A stretch of 64,000 nucleotides of DNA. It comes from Naegleria gruberi (Eukaryota). A program made the position numbers and the translations under genes. Where the stretch lies: assembly GCA_000004985.1 (NCBI GenBank), contig GG738845.1; one strand, given 5' to 3'. Under the pieces are notes generated by a model. It was not told the origin of the DNA. It saw only the letters and a list, made by a program, of their open reading frames with translations, and ran no database searches. Shown here in pieces: positions 59,336 through 64,000 of the stretch (within the stretch, counting starts at the first letter, position 1; the number at the start of each line of letters is the position of its first letter).

Positions 59336-60185
59336 GAGGGGATGGAAAATCCTCGATCCAAATCCCACGCGGATCAGTCGGATCCAAGATTCCAATAAAA
59401 ACGTGAATCCTGGATCCGGATTATCCGATAGATTCAACACAAGGATTTTTTAAAAATTACTTAATTATTGTTGTTTACACTTGCTTTAACCGAAAAACAA
59501 TCTAGTTCTTCGTAATAAATTGTGAAATTTCTTGTAATGTCTGATAATTGGTAAGTTTCTTAGTTAACAGCAAAAGTTCTAAGCAATACTCGATACTCTG
59601 AAAGCTTATCGCTGCGGCTTAGTGCATACAATTTACCTTGTTTCAATATTATCAGTTCATCATTTAAATTAATATCTTCTGATTCATTAAATTGAGAAAG
59701 TATTTGGGAAGATAATTAACTTGTTTCTGAGCAAAGTTGTAATTGTTTTTGTTTGTCAAATCTTCTAGCTCTTACCAACATCACACGAGTACTTATTTGC
59801 AAAAGTAAGATGTCATCTTTTTCCATAAACATAGATACAAGTCTTGATTTTAATTCTTTAGCATCTTTACCAATTCCTGAGAGTGGATTTTCTAGTAAAT
59901 CATAGCTCTTTGTAGCATTAGATATTTTACAATTTGAGGGGAGAGTAAAGTAATCATCACGAATTGGACAATAGAACTTTTTCTTTTGGGTTGATTGGTT
60001 GTGGTGATGTTTCTCTTTATTTATTAACGTTTGAAATTGTTCCATTAAAAATTGGAAGTGCAATCCTGGATTATCGGTTCCATCTTTTGAAAGATTTTAG
60101 AAAAAGATTCATTGTTTATTAAAAAATAATCCTTCCCATCCTCCTCCAAAACGTGAGATTTGGCTTTAGGATTTTCCATCCCCTC
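59336..60185. mobile_element. About 850-bp element flanked by a 37-bp terminal inverted repeat (core GAGGGGATGGAAAATCCT) and enclosing a 115-codon ORF (59716..60063, minus strand). Candidate non-autonomous DNA-transposon relic.
   Basis: Left end 59336-59372 gaggggatggaaaatcctcgatccaaatcccacgcgg. The reverse complement of the right end 60149-60185 is gaggggatggaaaatcctaaagccaaatctcacgtt. That gives 18/18 core identity and about 31/37 overall. No obvious target-site duplication. Confidence 0.4.
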
Positions 60186-60435
60186 CTTCAACACTAATTC
60201 TTCTATTTCTACTAGTACGTTAATTGCAATTACTTATTTTATAATTTTATCAACAACAAAATAAGATGTCGTTTCTGAAATACTAAGTTTATTCTATTAC
60301 ACGCGAGTAGATTAATTCGCAAGAATAATAATAATGATTGAGGATATCATTAATCAACTTTTGTATAATATATAAACTCTAATACTTCAAAGATTTATAT
60401 CCTTTAAAGCAGGTTCCAAGGTTGATTCACTCGTT

Positions 60436-60600
60436 GGTATCTCAATCCTTGAGCTTTTAATTCATTTGTCTTATTTTATTATTTTATTATTTTGTGAGTT
60501 TAAAAACACTAATACTTCTAATAGTTGCAACTACTAGCCCAAAAAACCATCTAATCAATTCAAAAAACCTTAAAAACCATAAAAACAAAAAATACTGAAA
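60436..60600. repeat. Dispersed repeat 'B', copy 1 (direct repeat of 62068-62340).
   Basis: ggtatctcaatccttgagcttttaattcatttgtcttattttattattttattattttgtgagtttaaaaaca…tctaatagttgcaactactagccc…accatctaatcaattcaaaaaacc matches copy 2 at about 85-90%. Confidence 0.6.
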
Positions 60601-61208
60601 TATCTGAAAACTTGATAACTAATTCTCTATAGCTTCAATCAATCTTTACATAAGCAACATCAATCACACCACCAAAATCGCAGTAAGCGTTAAGCTTATG
60701 TAGGTTTATTGTAAAAACAATAAAATAAGTGTCAACTAACAAATTTCTCATTTGCAAAAATGGTACATTTCAATAGAAATTTCGGATTTAGTAAGTCAAT
60801 AATTTTTTAATAATTTATTATTTTATTGGATTTCATTTGATCATATCTAATTTGGTGAGGTCAAATGACATTTTCATTTGGATAGCTTTTGTAGTATTGT
60901 TTGGTAGTGGATATCACTATCAAGAAAAGATAGGATCATTTGTTGAGCTGGTTTTTTAATCAAATATGTGAAAATTCTAACAATTTTATATATGATTTGT
61001 GTGTTTATTTAATTTTTTAAATTTAAAGCACTGCTAATGCCAAGGCGATTAGTGATTGATTTTGAAAGCAATTAATAGATCATCTGAATTTTCTATTGAC
61101 AGAAACGTATTTTAGTAGTTCAGTTCTACCTAGTTGTAATAAACACCGGAAATTTATTTATGTTTTTAACATTAAAAGCTGAAAGTAGTAAAATGATGAT
61201 ATTTGAAA

Positions 61209-61235
61209 TATATATATATACACATATATATATAT
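61209..61235. repeat. (TA)n / (TATACA) microsatellite.
   Basis: atatatatatacacatatatatatat. Confidence 0.7.
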
Positions 61236-62067
61236 TTTAATTGATGTTTGACAAACATATCCACCACATGTATGAAAATTCGTATTTTTCATTGAAATAC
61301 TAATAAATTTCTATTTTAATTACTGCCAATTCAAACAGGCAACAAACGACACACATTATCACATTATCAGACATTGTAATAGCAAATGCTAAACCTTTTG
61401 TTGTTTATAATATGTGAAATCTGTAGACAGAAAAAAATGAAACACAGTTTTTAAGAAGAAATCATCGAAAAACTCAAGTAAAATGAAGAATAGAAAATCA
61501 CTTTTAAGGGGTAAAAAATTTAATCTGAATAGATAAATGAATTTGCGAGGAATTATGATGAAAAGGATGTAGTGAGAATGGGATTTGATAAAGAGATAAG
61601 TAAAAAACATGATGAGGAGTATGATGAAGAATAAAAGAGAAATGATTTTTCTAACATAGATAAATATAATTTTTGTTCACATATATTCACCCAATAATTT
61701 ATCAAAACAATAAAATACCCCAAATCAATTCTCATATCACAACAAAATAAATTGTAAAAATATACAAAAATTATATTCAAACTCGAATTTAGATCTACAG
61801 TATTTCAGAAACGACACTTTATGTTGTTGATAAACCTATAAATTTGGATTTTTAGTTTTTTACAATTTTATATGATTTGTGTTTATTTAAAATTTACGGT
61901 TAGAGAGGAATTTTGGATATTATAGTACACTCGTTGTTGAGGTGTTCTTTTTGTCATCATCAGTAAGTGTAATCAGTATGGAGATTCTAGTTGGATATTA
62001 TTGACAGCAATTACAAAAAGTACTTGTTATTATTATAAGACAACAATGGATTAGTGGGATAGTTAAG

Positions 62068-62340
62068 TGGTGTCTCAATCTTTGAACTTTTAATCTATTT
62101 GTCTTAATTTATTATTTTATTATTTTGTGGATTTAAAAACAGAGATTTATCCAAAAAGCCAAGCCAAAAATTCAACCAGATTGTCCTTTTTAAAAAGCCA
62201 TATCCAAAAAAAGCGGTTTGGGATAGATATTGGATATTAATATACTCTCCTTCTAATAGTTGCAACTACTAGCCCATTAAACCATCTAATCAATTCAAAA
62301 AACCATAAATTAGAAATCCAATAAAAACACAAAATAATAA
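62068..62340. repeat. Dispersed repeat 'B', copy 2, with an about 95-bp internal insertion relative to copy 1. A shorter 'C' repeat pair lies nearby (60975-61025 and 61855-61895).
   Basis: ggtgtctcaatctttgaacttttaatctatttgtcttaatttattattttattattttgtggatttaaaaaca[insert]ttctaatagttgcaactactagccc…accatctaatcaattcaaaaaacc. Confidence 0.6.
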
Positions 62341-63173
62341 AATAATGTTATTATTATTTGTTTGAGAATTAAAAATTTCAATTTATACGAGACAACAATT
62401 TGTTCTTAAGAGAATAAAATTTGAAAACCATATTCCACACAATATTGTTTTATTGTTGGAAAGTTTGATACTATTTTTCTAAATAATAACAAACTCAGTA
62501 ATTAGTGGAGATGTTATTAATTAACTAATTGATAAAATTAATCGGTGAAAGATAATAGAACCTAATATTTTGACCATATATTCTGGAATAATCGTTCAAA
62601 TACAGCAATACACAACCAACGTTTACCTTTTCAATATCTCTCCTTTACGAATTAGACAAAAGCATGCCTGTACTAGTTATAAACAATCATAAATAGTTTT
62701 CAAAGAAAACCAAGTTGGTGATGTTTAATTCGAAAGTGTATTGAAGAAAGTGTTTACATGAATTACTTAGAGAATTGAAATAATTAAAAAAGGAAAAACA
62801 AACCAAGCCTTATACAAATATTTAAAATTAATTCATCATGCATTTTATATGTATGATGATGTGGATTTAAAAACGAAACAATCTACCAACACTTTACAAA
62901 TAGTAAAATCAAAACTAAAAAATCATTAGAAATGTTGGAGGAGTGGGATGATATTTTTGAGGATATCAATAATACAAATCTTAGTATTACCATTTTATTT
63001 TCATTGTCTATATGTTTTGCCTACACTTTTGTATTATCGAATTATTTAGAGAAAAAGAATTGTAATTTTCAAAATATATATATTAACGATTGTATTTACA
63101 ATGGTAATACAAAGTAAATGGATTTTGTTTGGCGGAGGAGTCGTGTGGGATTTGGATAACAGATTTTCCATCG

Positions 63174-63430
63174 CATCATGCTAAGAAAAGTTGAGGCCTA
63201 AAAGACCAGAGCTTTCAAAAGATTTCTTGATTGATGTAAAAAATCCATCAAAACTAGGATGGTGACATTTAAAAACCTTGGATCTCTAAGGAATTGGTGG
63301 AAAAGCATATAGTTAAGAAAGAGAGTGAGTTTAGAGGTTTGAAGGCACTTAGGGTTTTTTCAGAAGTAATTAATTATACTTGTAAAAAAGGCGCCTTTTA
63401 GTAAAACTTTTTACGGAAGTCTAAAATAAC
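63174..63430. repeat. Second copy of the composite A+R repeat unit (copy 1 is 58522-58968). It carries internal deletions and lacks the left inverted arm.
   Basis: catcatgctaagaaaagttgagg…agaccagagctttcaaaagatttcttgattgatgtaaaaaatccatcaaaact…ggtgacatttaaaaaccttggatctct…agttaagaaagagagtgagtttagaggtttgaaggcacttagggttttttcag…aaaaaaggcgccttttagtaaaactttttacggaagtctaaaat is collinear with 58522-58735 plus 58862-58968. Confidence 0.6.
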
Positions 63431-63772
63431 CATTCAAACTTTAAACAACAAACACCAAAATTCAAAAACACCTCTTTAATACTTTTGACAATAATATTAT
63501 TAAATGTATTACAAAGGTTTTTGAATTCACAAGCCCATTAAATTTCAAAATCAAGTTGTAAATGATGGTGAATGGTATTTCTGATATTTCGCACACTTGG
63601 TCATTTTTATCGTTGAGTTATTATTTATCTTTCCACCTTTCTATTTCGGCATTCCCTTCCAATTAGACTCTAGTTTTGTCCAATCATCACGTCCAATAAT
63701 AAATAATAAAATAATATTTTTATTTTAAAAAAAAAATCTCCAACAATATCCATTCATCACCAACCACAAAAG

Positions 63773-64000
63773 ATGGATGAATTAATTCCTGTTATTAATC
63801 GTTTACAAGATGTTTTTTCAAATATTGGTTTGAATGATCTTGCACAAATTGATCTTCCTCAAATAGCTGTTGTTGGTAGTCAAAGTTCCGGTAAATCATC
63901 AGTTTTGGAAACCATTGTAGGACGAGACTTTCTCCCTCGTGGCTCAGGCATTGTTACAAGAAGACCTCTTGTTTTGCAATTAATTAATGTAAAAAACGAA
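63773..64000 (+). CDS. Dynamin-family GTPase, N-terminal 76 codons (Dnm1/Vps1-like). Continues beyond the window end.
   Basis: [73 protein letters not shown]. This is the canonical dynamin G1/P-loop N-terminus. Confidence 0.85.
   Translation, partial: MDELIPVINRLQDVFSNIGLNDLAQIDLPQIAVVGSQSSGKSSVLETIVGRDFLPRGSGIVTRRPLVLQLINVKNE

Noticed and set aside
62932-63117. 61-codon ORF in the repeat block.
   Set aside because: Short, hydrophobic or low-complexity, inside repetitive DNA, with no supporting signal.

Overview
This 64-kb window is a compact, AT-rich nuclear chromosome segment from a eukaryote. It uses the standard genetic code and short spliceosomal introns (about 32-180 nt, GT...AG, many with GTAAGT/GTATGT donors). 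It is not prokaryotic: there are no operons, CRISPR arrays or defence islands. About 33 protein-coding genes are packed at roughly one per 1.8 kb, with stop-to-stop or stop-to-start gaps as small as 26-70 nt. The content is mostly housekeeping. Recognisable genes include Set1, Mak16, a DBP7-like DEAD-box helicase, CCT6, Dmc1, Sec16, Imp3, succinyl-CoA synthetase alpha, soluble pyrophosphatase, a longin R-SNARE, a Lys20-type homocitrate synthase, Sub2/UAP56, a kinesin, prohibitin-2, UAP1 and the dynamin N-terminus. Gene content (fungal-type lysine biosynthesis, Dmc1) and splice-site style suggest an early-diverging fungus-like organism, but I cannot assign a species. The last roughly 6 kb (57.6-63.7 kb) is gene-poor and repeat-rich, with two approximately 860-bp elements flanked by inverted repeats and several duplicated blocks. 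A 50-N assembly gap interrupts the UAP1 gene. I found no evidence for a novel multi-gene system. The notable items are individual oddities: an SCS-alpha insertion, a tandem cytochrome b5 protein, a pseudokinase, a kinesin with non-canonical motor motifs, TIR-flanked repeats, and extreme gene packing.
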